Assembly (NCBI GenBank): GCA_964470735.1
Contig: CAYYDX010000003.1
Location: forward strand, 9,319 to 73,318
Direction: 5' to 3'
DNA length: 64,000 nucleotides
DNA from: an uncultured Anaerolineaceae bacterium
GTDB lineage: Bacteria > Chloroflexota > Dehalococcoidia > Tepidiformales > Tepidiformaceae
The notes under the pieces are model-generated. The model was not told the DNA's origin. It searched no databases and saw only the letters and a program-made list of their open reading frames with translations. A program made the translations under genes and the position numbers. Each line of letters opens with the position of its first letter. The first letter of the stretch is position 1. Below are positions 7,558 through 17,023 of this stretch, piece after piece.

Positions 7558-8667
7558 CTAGATTTCCAACATCTGCGCGACGCGCTCGCGATGGAAGTCG
7601 CCGTCGCCCCAGAACAGTTCGGCCCGCTTCTGGCGGCGGAAGAACAGCTGGATGATGTAGTCCTTCGTGAAGCCGATGCCACCGTGGATCTGCTGGCCGT
7701 GGGCCACCACGCGGCGGCTGGCGTCGCTGCACCAGGCCTTCGCCATCGCCGTGTCCATGTCGGCGCTGTCTTCACCTTCGCTGGTCGCCCAGGCGGCCTT
7801 GTACATGATGAACCGCATGCCATCAACGTCGGTCACCATGTCGGCGGCCTTGTGCTGGATGGCCTGGAACGAGCCGATCGGGCGGCCGAACTGCACGCGC
7901 TCCTTGGCGTAGTTCACCGAGATCTCGAAGTCGCGCTGTGCGAGACCCACGAGGTAAGCGCACTCGAGGCAGGTGGCCATGTTGCGGAGCGCGGCCGCCT
8001 GCTTCTCGTCCATGTCGATCACGTCGGCGGCAGCAACCTTCACGTCCTTGAGGACGACTTCCGCCTGCTTGTCGCTGGCGATCGTCTTCAGAACGGTCAC
8101 CGAAACACCGGCCTGGTCGCGCGGCACGATAAACGTGCTCAGGCGCCCATCGGGCTTCCACGCGACGACGTGGAGATAGTCGGCCACATGCGCATCGGGC
8201 ACGAACAGCTTCGTGCCGTTGAGCACGAAATCGGCGCCGCTCGCGGCAGCCTTCATCTCGATGCCCTCGCGGTCCCAGCGGCCGCTCGGCTCGGTGATGG
8301 CGTAGGTGTGGATGGCGGTGCCATCGGCAACCTTCGGCAAGTACTTCGCTTTCTGGTCGGCGGAACCGGCGGCGATCAGTTCGGCGGCGCAGACGGCGTT
8401 CGGAATGAACGGGCCGGGAACGAGCGCGCGCCCGAATTCCTCGACGAGCACGCAGAGGTCGAGGAAGGAGAACCCGGCGCCACCCTGCTCCTCGGGGATC
8501 ATGAGACCCTGCCAGCCGAGGTCGGCCATCTTCTTCCAGAGAGCGGGGCTGTAGCCCTTGTCGTCCTCTTCCATCGCGCGGACGTGCTCTTCCGGGCACT
8601 CCTTTTCGAGGAACTCACGGGCGGAGTTCTTCAGAAGTTCTTGTTCTTCGCTGAGGCCAAGATCCAT
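7558..8667 (-). CDS. Acyl-CoA dehydrogenase
   Basis: The start is trimmed to ATG 8667 (MDLGLSEEQELLKNSAREFLEKE...). The ACAD pattern runs throughout and ends ...FTKDYIIQLFFRRQKRAELFWGDGDFHRE. The upstream 121 codons of the ORF are Arg-rich junk. Confidence 0.9.
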   Translation of the reverse strand: MDLGLSEEQELLKNSAREFLEKECPEEHVRAMEEDDKGYSPALWKKMADLGWQGLMIPEEQGGAGFSFLDLCVLVEEFGRALVPGPFIPNAVCAAELIAAGSADQKAKYLPKVADGTAIHTYAITEPSGRWDREGIEMKAAASGADFVLNGTKLFVPDAHVADYLHVVAWKPDGRLSTFIVPRDQAGVSVTVLKTIASDKQAEVVLKDVKVAAADVIDMDEKQAAALRNMATCLECAYLVGLAQRDFEISVNYAKERVQFGRPIGSFQAIQHKAADMVTDVDGMRFIMYKAAWATSEGEDSADMDTAMAKAWCSDASRRVVAHGQQIHGGIGFTKDYIIQLFFRRQKRAELFWGDGDFHRERVAQMLEI

Positions 8668-8756
8668 GCGGTTTACGTGTCCCTTTCGAATATAGACGCC
8701 GCGCCCGGGGCGCGACCGAGCCAGCCCGCCAACCGGGCAGACAGTGTGCGGGCCGG

Positions 8757-8786
8757 ATTGTAACAGGATGTTTCGCGGGGTGCGAA
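8757..8786 (-). promoter_or_regulatory. Candidate sigma-70-type promoter for the acyl-CoA dehydrogenase gene
   Basis: The minus strand reads TTCGCA-N18-TACAAT, about 90 nt upstream of ATG 8667. Confidence 0.35.
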
Positions 8787-9007
8787 CAGCTTCCCGGCGA
8801 ATCTTCCGCTTCCCGTTCGAAGCCGCTGCTATAGTCGATCCACGAACTTGAACCACGGCATCGGGAGGAATTCCCCTCGTGCCGCTCGGGAAGATCCGTC
8901 GTCCGCGGCCTCTGGCGAATCGACCTCGCGGTCGATACCTCCACCCCGTAACCGCTCGCGCACGCTCTCCTTCGCCTGGGTGGGGGACGACAGGCCTGGG
9001 ATTCCTG

Positions 9008-10972
9008 TTAATCCGCCTTCGCCGAACCAACGATGATGTCCTGCACCACCGCCGGGTCGGCCAGCGTGGTCACATCGCCGACATTCTCCGGTTCGCCCTC
9101 GGCGATCTTGCGCAGGATGCGCCGCATGATCTTCCCTGAGCGCGTCTTCGGCAGTCCTTCGACGAACTGGATCTTGTCCGGCGTAGCGATCGGACTGATG
9201 TCCGTGCGGACAGCGTCCCGTAGCGACTTCGCCAACTCCGGCGAACCCTTGTAGCCGGCGTTGAGCAGCACGTAGGCGTAAATAGCCGTGCCCTTCACAT
9301 CGTGCGGGTAGCCCACCACCGCTGCCTCGGCGCAGGCGTCATGGCCGACCAGCGCGCCTTCGATTTCGGCGGTGCCGAGGCGGTGCCCGGCGACGTTGAG
9401 CACGTCGTCCACGCGCCCGGTAATCCAGTAGTACCCGTCCTCATCGCGATAGCACCCGTCGCCGGTGAAGTACTTGCCGGGGTACGTCGCCAGGTACGTG
9501 ATCATGAACCGGTTGTGGTCGCCGTAGACCGTGCGCATCATCCCCGGCCACGAGGCCTTCATGCAGAGCCGACCGCTCACGGAGTTCCCTTCGAGTTCCA
9601 CACCGGCCTCATCCACAACACACGGCTCGACACCGAAGAACGGAACCGAACCTGAGCCGGGCTTCATCACCGTGGCGCCCGCGAGTCCCGTGATCATGTG
9701 GCCGCCCGTCTCGGTCTGCCAGTAGGTGTCGACGATGCTGCACCGCCCTTCGCCGACCACGTTGTAGTACCAGCGCCACGCTTCCGGGTTGATCGGTTCG
9801 CCGACACTGCCGAGCACCCGGAGACTCGTCCGCCTGTACGGCGTGACGAAGCTGTCGCCTTCGCGGGCGATGGCCCGGATGGCGGTCGGCGCCGTGTAGA
9901 GAATGGTGATACCAAGCCGGTCGACCATGTCCCAGTACCGCCCGGCGTCCGGGTAGCTCGGGATCGATTCGAACATCACGCTCGTAGCGCCGTTCCCGAG
10001 CGGCCCGTACACGATGTAGCTGTGCCCGGTGATCCAACCTACGTCGGCCGCACAGCAGTAGATATCGTCCTCACGCAGGTCGAACACGTACTTGTGGCTG
10101 ACCATCGTGTAAAGCAGGTAGCCCGCCTGGGTGTGCACGACGCCCTTCGGCTTCCCCGTCGAACCGCTCGTGTAGAGCACGAACAGCGGGTCTTCGCTGT
10201 CCATGCTCTCCGGGGCCGCTTCCGCCGCCTCGCCGGGGACAACGTCGTGCCACCATACATCGCGGCCTTCGACCATGTTCACCGGAGATCCCGTGTGCTT
10301 GAAGACGATCGCGAACTCGATGCTGTGACCGGCGGCGTTGAGTGCTTCGTCAACGTTCGCCTTGAGCGCAACGGCGCGGCCGCCGCGCTTTCCCTCGTCC
10401 TGGGTGATGATCGCCCGGCAGAGCGAGTCCTCCACCCGGTCCCGGATCGACCGCGGGCTGAATCCGCCGAAGATCACCGAGTGCACCGCGCCGATCCGTG
10501 CGCAGGCGAGCATCGCCACCGCCAGTTCGGGAACCATACCCATGTAGATGGCCACGCGGTCGCCTTTCTTGATTCCGCGCTTGCGCAGGGCGTTGGCGAG
10601 CCGGCAGGTCTCTTCGTACACCTGCCGGTACGTCATCGAACGCACCGTTCCCGGCTCGTCGCCTTCCATCAGGAGCGCGACTTTGTCACCGCGCGTCGCC
10701 AGGTGCCGATCGAGGCAGTTCACACTCACGTTCAGCTTCCCGCCGAGGAACCAGGCGATCTTCCCGGCGCTCAGGTCCTCCTCCGACACCTTGTCGAACG
10801 GCTTGTCCCAGGTGATGAACTGGTTGGCCATCTCCGACCAGAACCCGTCCCGGTCCTCGATGCTGCGCCGGTACAGCCGCTCGTACTCCTCTTGCGAGGC
10901 AACGAGTGCGCCCTCGCTCACGCGCGCTGGTGGGGCGTACTTCTCGTCAACGGGCAGGCCAACGTCAGCCAT
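9008..10972 (-). CDS. acs: Acetyl-CoA synthetase (AMP-forming)
   Basis: 654 aa. Acs N-terminus (YERLYRRSIEDRDGFWSEMA), AMP-binding motif YTSGSTGKPKG, C-terminal LPKTRSGKIMRRILRKIA. AGGAGGG RBS. Confidence 0.95.
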   Translation of the reverse strand: MADVGLPVDEKYAPPARVSEGALVASQEEYERLYRRSIEDRDGFWSEMANQFITWDKPFDKVSEEDLSAGKIAWFLGGKLNVSVNCLDRHLATRGDKVALLMEGDEPGTVRSMTYRQVYEETCRLANALRKRGIKKGDRVAIYMGMVPELAVAMLACARIGAVHSVIFGGFSPRSIRDRVEDSLCRAIITQDEGKRGGRAVALKANVDEALNAAGHSIEFAIVFKHTGSPVNMVEGRDVWWHDVVPGEAAEAAPESMDSEDPLFVLYTSGSTGKPKGVVHTQAGYLLYTMVSHKYVFDLREDDIYCCAADVGWITGHSYIVYGPLGNGATSVMFESIPSYPDAGRYWDMVDRLGITILYTAPTAIRAIAREGDSFVTPYRRTSLRVLGSVGEPINPEAWRWYYNVVGEGRCSIVDTYWQTETGGHMITGLAGATVMKPGSGSVPFFGVEPCVVDEAGVELEGNSVSGRLCMKASWPGMMRTVYGDHNRFMITYLATYPGKYFTGDGCYRDEDGYYWITGRVDDVLNVAGHRLGTAEIEGALVGHDACAEAAVVGYPHDVKGTAIYAYVLLNAGYKGSPELAKSLRDAVRTDISPIATPDKIQFVEGLPKTRSGKIMRRILRKIAEGEPENVGDVTTLADPAVVQDIIVGSAKAD

Positions 10973-11022
10973 CGGAGTCCCTCCTGTGTCCCTCTTGGGT
11001 TGCGAAGAATTCGTGCGGAGGC

Positions 11023-11051
11023 ATTGTAGCGAGTGGTGCGGAAGTTCTCAG
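11023..11051 (-). promoter_or_regulatory. Candidate promoter for acs (-10 TACAAT)
   Basis: The minus strand reads TACAAT (revcomp of 11023-11028) about 45 nt upstream of the acs ATG. The -35 is weak and overlaps the methyltransferase stop. Confidence 0.3.
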
Positions 11052-11797
11052 GTCGCCAGCCGCCCGACGAAGATGACACCGCCGTCGGGCACTTCGCTGT
11101 GCACAAACGGCTCCGTCCATGCTTCGAACCCGGCGCCCCTCAGCGCCCCAAGCCAACTCACCTGGGGCAGCGCGCCGTTGATATGCCGGTCGAACTCCAC
11201 CCGCGGCGGCTTGCCGTCTTCGTGGTAGATGTAGGCATAGTCGACCACGTATTCGAACGTTCCCGGGCGCCCCGGTATCGACCACTCGAGGTACCGCATC
11301 GCCCGGCCATCGCCGTCATGCCCGCCGTGGTCGGTGTCGAACGTCAGCGTCTCCGCCGTCGCATCGGGGCAGACGACAACCACGCCTCCCGGCGAGCAAT
11401 GGCTGCGCAGCGTCGCCGCAAGCCGCCCGAGTTGCTCTTCTGTGGTCAGGTAGCTGGCCGCGTCGTGAATAAACACCACGTCAAACGTCCGCCCGAGACG
11501 GATGTCGAGCATGTCGCCCTGCACGTGATCGAGCCCCGGGTTCAGCGTGCGGCTGAGTGCGAGCATCTCCGCGGAACGGTCGGAGAGCACCACCTCGGCC
11601 TCCACCCACGCCGCGTAGTGCGACGCGTTGTTCCCTCCGCCCGACCCAAGTTCGAGCCATGACGCCGGCGTGCGCCCGAGCGCACTTCGAGCCACGCGGA
11701 AGTAAAACGCCGCCTCTTCGGCATACTCCTCCGGCGCGGTCAGCAGGTGGAACCAGCCCGCCGACTCGTGGTACATCAGCGGGCCGTCGCTGATCAT
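11048..11797 (-). CDS. Class I SAM-dependent methyltransferase
   Basis: The start is trimmed to ATG 11797 (ATGA overlap with the upstream stop). SAM motif I LELGSGGGNNA, then LSDRS, QGDM and FDVVF. The overall layout resembles TylM1/DesVI-type methyltransferases (recollection only). Confidence 0.85.
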   Translation of the reverse strand: MISDGPLMYHESAGWFHLLTAPEEYAEEAAFYFRVARSALGRTPASWLELGSGGGNNASHYAAWVEAEVVLSDRSAEMLALSRTLNPGLDHVQGDMLDIRLGRTFDVVFIHDAASYLTTEEQLGRLAATLRSHCSPGGVVVVCPDATAETLTFDTDHGGHDGDGRAMRYLEWSIPGRPGTFEYVVDYAYIYHEDGKPPRVEFDRHINGALPQVSWLGALRGAGFEAWTEPFVHSEVPDGGVIFVGRLAT

Positions 11798-13119
11798 GGC
11801 ACGCTGGCGTCGTATTCGGTGGTCACGTGCCCGCCTGCCTTCAGGGCTTCGAACTCCGCGTCCGACACCTTCAGCAGTTCGCGGTACACGTACTCGTTGT
11901 GCTCGCCGAACATCACCGGCGGCTGGTAGTACTCGATCGGTGTCGCTGGCATCTTCCAGAGCGGCCCCACGTACTCGTACGTGCCCGAAGCCTCCTGCGT
12001 CTGCGTCTTGAAGAAGTCTCGCGCACGCAGGTGCGGGTCCGAATACATCCGCGAGGCCTCGAGCACCGGCGTTGCGGAAACGCCCACGGCCTGCAGGCGG
12101 TGCATCAAGTCGTAGTCGTCCTGCGTGGCGGTGTATGCCGCGATCAGCGTGTCCAGCTCGTCGTGGTGTTCGAGCCTGCCGGCATTGGTCGCGAACTTCG
12201 GGTCCGCGCCCCACGCCGGGCTGCCGATCGCCTCGACGAACGCCCGCCATTGCCCATCGTCTTCGATTCCGATGGAGACCCAGTGGTCATCCATCGTCGA
12301 TGCATCCCCCGGCGAAAGCGCCGGGTAGACACCGAACGGCGCGCGCCCGTGGACGTCGCGATTGCCCATCGCCCCCTGGATGTTCCCGTTGAGGCTGTAG
12401 TCCATGATCGCCTGCGTGAACATCGCGGCCGCGTTCTCGGCCTGTGCGATCTCGATGAGCTGGCCCTCACCTGTGCGGTCACGGTGCCAGAGCGCGGTCA
12501 TCACCGCGAACGCTCCCTGCGCCCCCGCGAGGTAGTCCCCGGAGTAGATGGCGGTGTTCGAAGACGGGTCGGCGTCGGCATAGCCGCGCAGCAGCGTGTG
12601 GCCCATCACCGCTTCGAGGTGGACGCCCAGCGCGCGGGCACGCGCGTACGGCCCGTCGTTCCCGTAGGCCGGCACCCGGACGAAGATGATCTTCGGGTTC
12701 GCTTCCTTCAGCCACTCGTAGGTAATGCCCAAGCCTTCCATCGTGCCCGTCGCGTTATTCTCGTAGACAACGTCGGACTCGGCGACCAGCCGCCTGAGGA
12801 TGTCCAGGCCCTCCGGCCGGCGGATGTCCACCGTGAAACTCTTCTTGTTCCGGTACAGGCTGACGAATGTCGGGCTGTAGTCCCACGGGCGCGCACCGAC
12901 CTTGCCGTCTGGCATCCCGCCCGACCATGCGATGCCAGTGTCCGCCAGGATCTGCGGCGGCCGGGCCATCGCTCCGCGGGTCATCGGCTGGAAGACAAAT
13001 GGGTTCTCGGGCTTGATCACTTCCGCGCCCAGGTCGGCCAGCAACATCGTTGCGTAAGGCCCGGCCCACACGACACAGAGGTCGATAACGCGCACGCCTT
13101 CGAGGGGTTTCGGGTTCAC
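11794..13119 (-). CDS. Family III (CaiB/BaiF) CoA-transferase
   Basis: GTG 13119 forms a GTGA overlap with the upstream stop and has a GGAGGTG RBS. N-terminus NPKPLEGVRVIDLCVVWAGPYATMLLADLGAEVIKPE is the family III signature. Confidence 0.9.
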   Translation of the reverse strand: MNPKPLEGVRVIDLCVVWAGPYATMLLADLGAEVIKPENPFVFQPMTRGAMARPPQILADTGIAWSGGMPDGKVGARPWDYSPTFVSLYRNKKSFTVDIRRPEGLDILRRLVAESDVVYENNATGTMEGLGITYEWLKEANPKIIFVRVPAYGNDGPYARARALGVHLEAVMGHTLLRGYADADPSSNTAIYSGDYLAGAQGAFAVMTALWHRDRTGEGQLIEIAQAENAAAMFTQAIMDYSLNGNIQGAMGNRDVHGRAPFGVYPALSPGDASTMDDHWVSIGIEDDGQWRAFVEAIGSPAWGADPKFATNAGRLEHHDELDTLIAAYTATQDDYDLMHRLQAVGVSATPVLEASRMYSDPHLRARDFFKTQTQEASGTYEYVGPLWKMPATPIEYYQPPVMFGEHNEYVYRELLKVSDAEFEALKAGGHVTTEYDASVP

Positions 13120-14315
13120 GCAGCACCTCCAGAGGCAGCGGCGATCGTGTCGGCGCTCAGGCCAACTTCGGACAGGACTTCCTTCGTGTGTTGGCCGAGC
13201 AGTGGCGCCGCGCGCCGAAGCTCCCAGCCTCCCCGCTCCATCCGCAGCGGCCGCCCGGGGATGGTGACTTCGCCCAGTTCGGCGTGATCCGTCTTCGACC
13301 AGAAGCCACGGTTCCGGAACGCCTCGTCGATGAACAGGTCTTCCATCGTGAACATCGGGCCGCACATCACCTTCGCCCGGCGCGCCTCTTCCCAGATTTC
13401 GCGCTTGGTCCGCTCGATGCACCAGCCGATGAAGTTCCCGTTCCACTCTTCGATAACGACCGGGTTCATGCGTTGCATTGGGTCGCTGTAACGGGGATCG
13501 TTGAGCCAGTCGGCGTGGTTCAACATTTCGGCCACGCGATCCGGCCGCAGGCCGGCGTTCGTGAAGTCCACGTACCCGTCAGCGCACGGGTAGATGCCTT
13601 GCGGCATGCCACCGCCGTGGCTCGCCAACCGGATCGTCTTTCGGCCGCTGAACTGGAAGGCGATACCCGTCGCATGCCGCCGGTCCACCCCGCCGAAGTG
13701 CGTCTCGGCGAGCGAAATATCAACATGCTGGCCGATGCCGTGCCGCTTCGAGGCGAACAGCGCGCCAATCGCACCGACCGCGATCGCGGAGCCCGACTCG
13801 AACAGCGCCGCCGTGCCGGCCATCTTCACCGGCTCGCGGTCCGTCTCCCCCATCGAGTACATCTCGCCTGCGAACGCGTAGAGCGTGAGATCGTTCAGGG
13901 CGTAATCGCGGTACGGGCCGGTCTGCCCGAAGTTCGAAATCGAGATGACCGGCGCCTCGGGCTTGAGTGCCTTGAAGAAGTCATAGCCAACTCCGAGGGC
14001 GTCCAGCTTCCCCGGTGCGAAGCTCTCGACCACCAGGTCGGCCGTCTTCGCCAGCGCGGCGAGAGCGTCACGACCCTCCGGGCGCGTCAGGTCGAGTACG
14101 ACCGAGCGCTTGTTGCAGTTGAGATAGAAGAACGTGCCCGAACGCTCCGGATGTTTGGCGCCGCCTTTGAACGGCCCAAGGCGGCGGGCGATATCTCCGC
14201 CCGGGCGTTCGATCTTGATGACATCCACGCCGAAGTCGGCGAACAACTTGGTGGCGTAGGGGCCGGCGATGTGCTGCGTCAGGTCGAGGATGCGCACGTT
14301 GTCGAGTGCCTGCAC
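13116..14315 (-). CDS. Family III (CaiB/BaiF) CoA-transferase
   Basis: MQALDNVRILDLTQHIAGPYATKLFADFGVDVIKIERPGGD is the family III signature. 399 aa, GTG start. Confidence 0.9.
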   Translation of the reverse strand: MQALDNVRILDLTQHIAGPYATKLFADFGVDVIKIERPGGDIARRLGPFKGGAKHPERSGTFFYLNCNKRSVVLDLTRPEGRDALAALAKTADLVVESFAPGKLDALGVGYDFFKALKPEAPVISISNFGQTGPYRDYALNDLTLYAFAGEMYSMGETDREPVKMAGTAALFESGSAIAVGAIGALFASKRHGIGQHVDISLAETHFGGVDRRHATGIAFQFSGRKTIRLASHGGGMPQGIYPCADGYVDFTNAGLRPDRVAEMLNHADWLNDPRYSDPMQRMNPVVIEEWNGNFIGWCIERTKREIWEEARRAKVMCGPMFTMEDLFIDEAFRNRGFWSKTDHAELGEVTIPGRPLRMERGGWELRRAAPLLGQHTKEVLSEVGLSADTIAAASGGAA

Positions 14316-14453
14316 GGGTGGCTCCGTCGAGGGGATTGGGCGACCTACGTGGTCGCCCGCACTCTAGCAGAGGCCCACGCGCTGAGCACGGACGCGACGC
14401 ATCCTCACCACGTCCGTAGAATCCGGCCGCAAAGCCACACCCGAGGTTCATCC

Positions 14454-15923
14454 GTGAGCATTCGCTACCAGAACTGGCGCGACGACTACCAGTCGCGTTT
14501 GAAGTCCGCCGACCAGGCTGTCGAAATCATCAACGAAGGCGACCTCGTTTCGGTCACCATCCTCTGCCCCGCGCCCCTGGTGACCGCCTTCGTTGCACGC
14601 GCCCAGAAACTGGGCCGTGTCGACTTCCGGACGCTCGCGCCCGGCAACCCCGACCTCTTCAACCCGGCCGCGTTCCAGGGCGAGCGTGAGATCGAGATCT
14701 TTATCGGCGACACCATGCGCCCCGCCCACGACGCGAAGGTCGCCACCTACCTCCCGAACACGTTCATGCTCGGGATGAAGGCCTTCGACGCCGGCCGCGA
14801 GGAAGCTCGCATGCCCGACGTCTTCCTCACACCGTGCAGCCCGCCCAACGAGCAGGGGTACGTCCACTTTGGCCCCCACATGTGGCAGCGCAAGTCCTAC
14901 GCGAAGCGCTGCAAGAAGACGATCGCCATCGTCGACCCGAACATGTCGATGGTTCATGGCGACGTCTGGATGCACGTCAGCGAAATCGACACCTTTATCG
15001 AAGGCGCCATCGCCGCGGTCGACTACGCAGCCGTCGAGGAGCGTATCCGCACGCTTTCGCCCGAGCCGTTCCGGGATGAGCTCCTCGACCTCCTGGGCAA
15101 AACCACACCGGAACAGCTTTCGCTCGTCGAGCAGATGTTCCACGCGTTCCCGCCCGACCTGCTGAAGACATCGCTCGGCATGGTTGCAGTCGACCCCGCG
15201 GCACAGAGCATCGCCGACCACGTCCGCCAGTTGATTCGCGATGGCGACACCATCCAGGTCGGTGTTGGCCAGCCGAGTTCGCTGATGTTCCTCGGCGGCG
15301 CGTTCGATGATGCCCGTCACCTGGGCATCCACACCGAACTCGGTTCACCTGGCCTCGCCAAACTCTGGGCGCGCGGCATCGTCGATGGCTCGCAGAAGAC
15401 GCTCTTTCCCGGCAAGTGCATCGCCGTCGCCTGGTCCGGCTGTGATGGTGAGGACTTCAAGATCATCGCGGACAACCCGGCGTTCGAACTGCACATGCCG
15501 GAGAACGTCCTCCACCCGGCGTTCATGTCCCAGAACCGCCAGATGACCTCCATCAACAGCGCCATCGCCGTCGACCTGCTTGGCCAGATCGCCAGCGAAG
15601 ATCGCTTTGGCGGGCACATGGTCAACGGCACCGGGGGCCAGCCCGACACCCACCTCTCGGCGGCGCTGTGCAAGGATGGCCGCGCCATCACCGTCATGCG
15701 TTCCACCGCCATGGAAGGTTCGATCTCGAAGGTGACGGCCAAGCATGACGCCGGGACCCTCATCACGGTTCCCCGCTATCTCGCCGACACGATCGTGACC
15801 GAGTGGGGTATCGCCCGGCTGCTCGACAAGAACCACCGCCAGCGCGCGAACGAACTCATCTCGATCGCTCACCCGGACTTCCGCGCTGAACTGCGGAAAG
15901 AGGCACAGGAACTCTGGGGCTAA
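14454..15923 (+). CDS. Acetyl-CoA hydrolase/transferase family protein (4-hydroxybutyrate CoA-transferase-like)
   Basis: C-terminal 489 aa of the 911-aa ORF, starting at GTG 14454. The pattern ...GVGQPSSLMFLG...INSAIAVDLLGQIASE...GTGGQPD is typical of the family. The first half of the ORF is antisense to the CoA-transferase gene. Confidence 0.85.
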   Translation: MSIRYQNWRDDYQSRLKSADQAVEIINEGDLVSVTILCPAPLVTAFVARAQKLGRVDFRTLAPGNPDLFNPAAFQGEREIEIFIGDTMRPAHDAKVATYLPNTFMLGMKAFDAGREEARMPDVFLTPCSPPNEQGYVHFGPHMWQRKSYAKRCKKTIAIVDPNMSMVHGDVWMHVSEIDTFIEGAIAAVDYAAVEERIRTLSPEPFRDELLDLLGKTTPEQLSLVEQMFHAFPPDLLKTSLGMVAVDPAAQSIADHVRQLIRDGDTIQVGVGQPSSLMFLGGAFDDARHLGIHTELGSPGLAKLWARGIVDGSQKTLFPGKCIAVAWSGCDGEDFKIIADNPAFELHMPENVLHPAFMSQNRQMTSINSAIAVDLLGQIASEDRFGGHMVNGTGGQPDTHLSAALCKDGRAITVMRSTAMEGSISKVTAKHDAGTLITVPRYLADTIVTEWGIARLLDKNHRQRANELISIAHPDFRAELRKEAQELWG

Positions 15924-16945
15924 TCCGCGGGCCGGGTCTCCGCGTCGAACGTGGCCTGCTGGCGGCGCAGGCCACCGAGACTGAAGCTGATCTGCTCGCG
16001 CCCGAAGAGCAGGAACGCCGCGCCGATGAGGCTCACCGGTACCACGTTCACGAGGTGCGCAAGGATGGCGAAACTGAGCGCCGTGCCGCTGGCGACGTGG
16101 AACGGCAGCAGCGAGAGCGTCGCCGCCGCGTGGAAGACACCCACGTAGCCCGGTGACGATGGGATCAGCATCGCGAGGTTCGTCGTGCAGGTCAGCAGCA
16201 CCGCGACCGCGATCGGCGCATCGATGTGGCAGGCACGCATCAGCAGGTAGTTGATGGCGAACGCCCCCAGCCACGCACCCCACGACCAGCCCCAGATCGA
16301 GACCACGTGGCGGCGCGAAAACAGCTGCCGGAAGCCTTCCGAGAACGACTTCGCCTCTTCGCGCAGGCGGTCGTTCCCCGGCACCAGCGCGCCGAGATGT
16401 CCCTTCTGAGCGAGCCGCTGGAGACTCCGCCGGAACACCGCTGCCGCCAACGCCAGCAGCACAACCACCGCGACCACCACCCAGGCGATCTCGATGATTT
16501 CCTTATACGCGGCCGGGACAGGCAGGAAGGGGCTGATGATGAGGAAGCAGGCCAGCAGCGTGACCGTGTCCGTCACGCGCTCAGTGAGCAGCGACGAAAG
16601 CACGTGCCCGAAACGCACGCCCGGCTGGCGTGTCGTCATCGCCACCCGCGCAACATCCCCCAGCCGCGCTGGCAGCACGTTGTTGAGCAGGAAGCTGATA
16701 TGGAGGATGCGGTACAGCCGCGGAGTGGAGACCCCGGACCCGTCCGGCAGCAGCAAACGCCAGCGAATCGTCTTCGCGATCAGCGAAGCGACCAGGCACG
16801 TCACGGCCAGGCCGATGAACACCGGGTCAGCCGAACTGAGCGCCGCCCGCGTACTGGACCACGGGATGAGATGAAGGAGTAGCGCCGCGCAAATCGCGGT
16901 GACAGCAAGTCCGAGCGCAAACCGTCCGATGGATCCCATGTGCAT
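15920..16945 (-). CDS. UPF0104 / lysylphosphatidylglycerol-synthase-TM-like (flippase-like) membrane protein
   Basis: Polytopic membrane protein with the TIRWRLLL motif typical of the family. The start is set at ATG 16945 (MHMGSIGRFALGL...) and is uncertain; the ORF extends to 17023. Confidence 0.75.
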   Translation of the reverse strand: MHMGSIGRFALGLAVTAICAALLLHLIPWSSTRAALSSADPVFIGLAVTCLVASLIAKTIRWRLLLPDGSGVSTPRLYRILHISFLLNNVLPARLGDVARVAMTTRQPGVRFGHVLSSLLTERVTDTVTLLACFLIISPFLPVPAAYKEIIEIAWVVVAVVVLLALAAAVFRRSLQRLAQKGHLGALVPGNDRLREEAKSFSEGFRQLFSRRHVVSIWGWSWGAWLGAFAINYLLMRACHIDAPIAVAVLLTCTTNLAMLIPSSPGYVGVFHAAATLSLLPFHVASGTALSFAILAHLVNVVPVSLIGAAFLLFGREQISFSLGGLRRQQATFDAETRPAD

Positions 16946-17023
16946 CGATAATCGGCTCAATAGCGTAAGGATCCCATACTCCGCGGCTTCCGTCAGCAAG
17001 CAATACTTCGTACGCTCAATCAA

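Noticed and set aside
7483-8763. 426-aa plus-strand ORF antisense to the acyl-CoA dehydrogenase gene
   Set aside because: The sequence is low-complexity and rich in Arg, Ala, Gly, His and Leu, with no motif. The opposite strand encodes a full-length ACAD.
8789-8815. Direct repeat GCTTCCCG ... GCTTCCCG (19-nt spacing) just upstream of the ACAD -35
   Set aside because: An exact 8-mer repeat somewhere within a 340-nt GC-rich spacer is expected by chance about once, so it is not evidence for an activator site on its own.
8879-9139. 86-aa plus-strand ORF preceded by GGGAGGA, running antisense into the acs 3' end
   Set aside because: The product is Arg/Pro-rich (MPLGKIRRPRPLANRPRGRY...) with no hydrophobic core pattern. 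The RBS-like sequence is probably coincidental in purine-rich spacer DNA. I did not call it, although expression data could revive it.
9698-11029. 443-aa plus-strand ORF antisense to acs
   Set aside because: Same reasoning. acs on the minus strand is unambiguous (AMP-binding motifs), and this product is Arg/Pro/His-rich.
13188-14453. N-terminal 422 codons of the 911-aa plus-strand ORF
   Set aside because: This part is antisense to the family III CoA-transferase gene and has junk composition. Recognisable acetyl-CoA hydrolase/transferase sequence begins only at GTG 14454.
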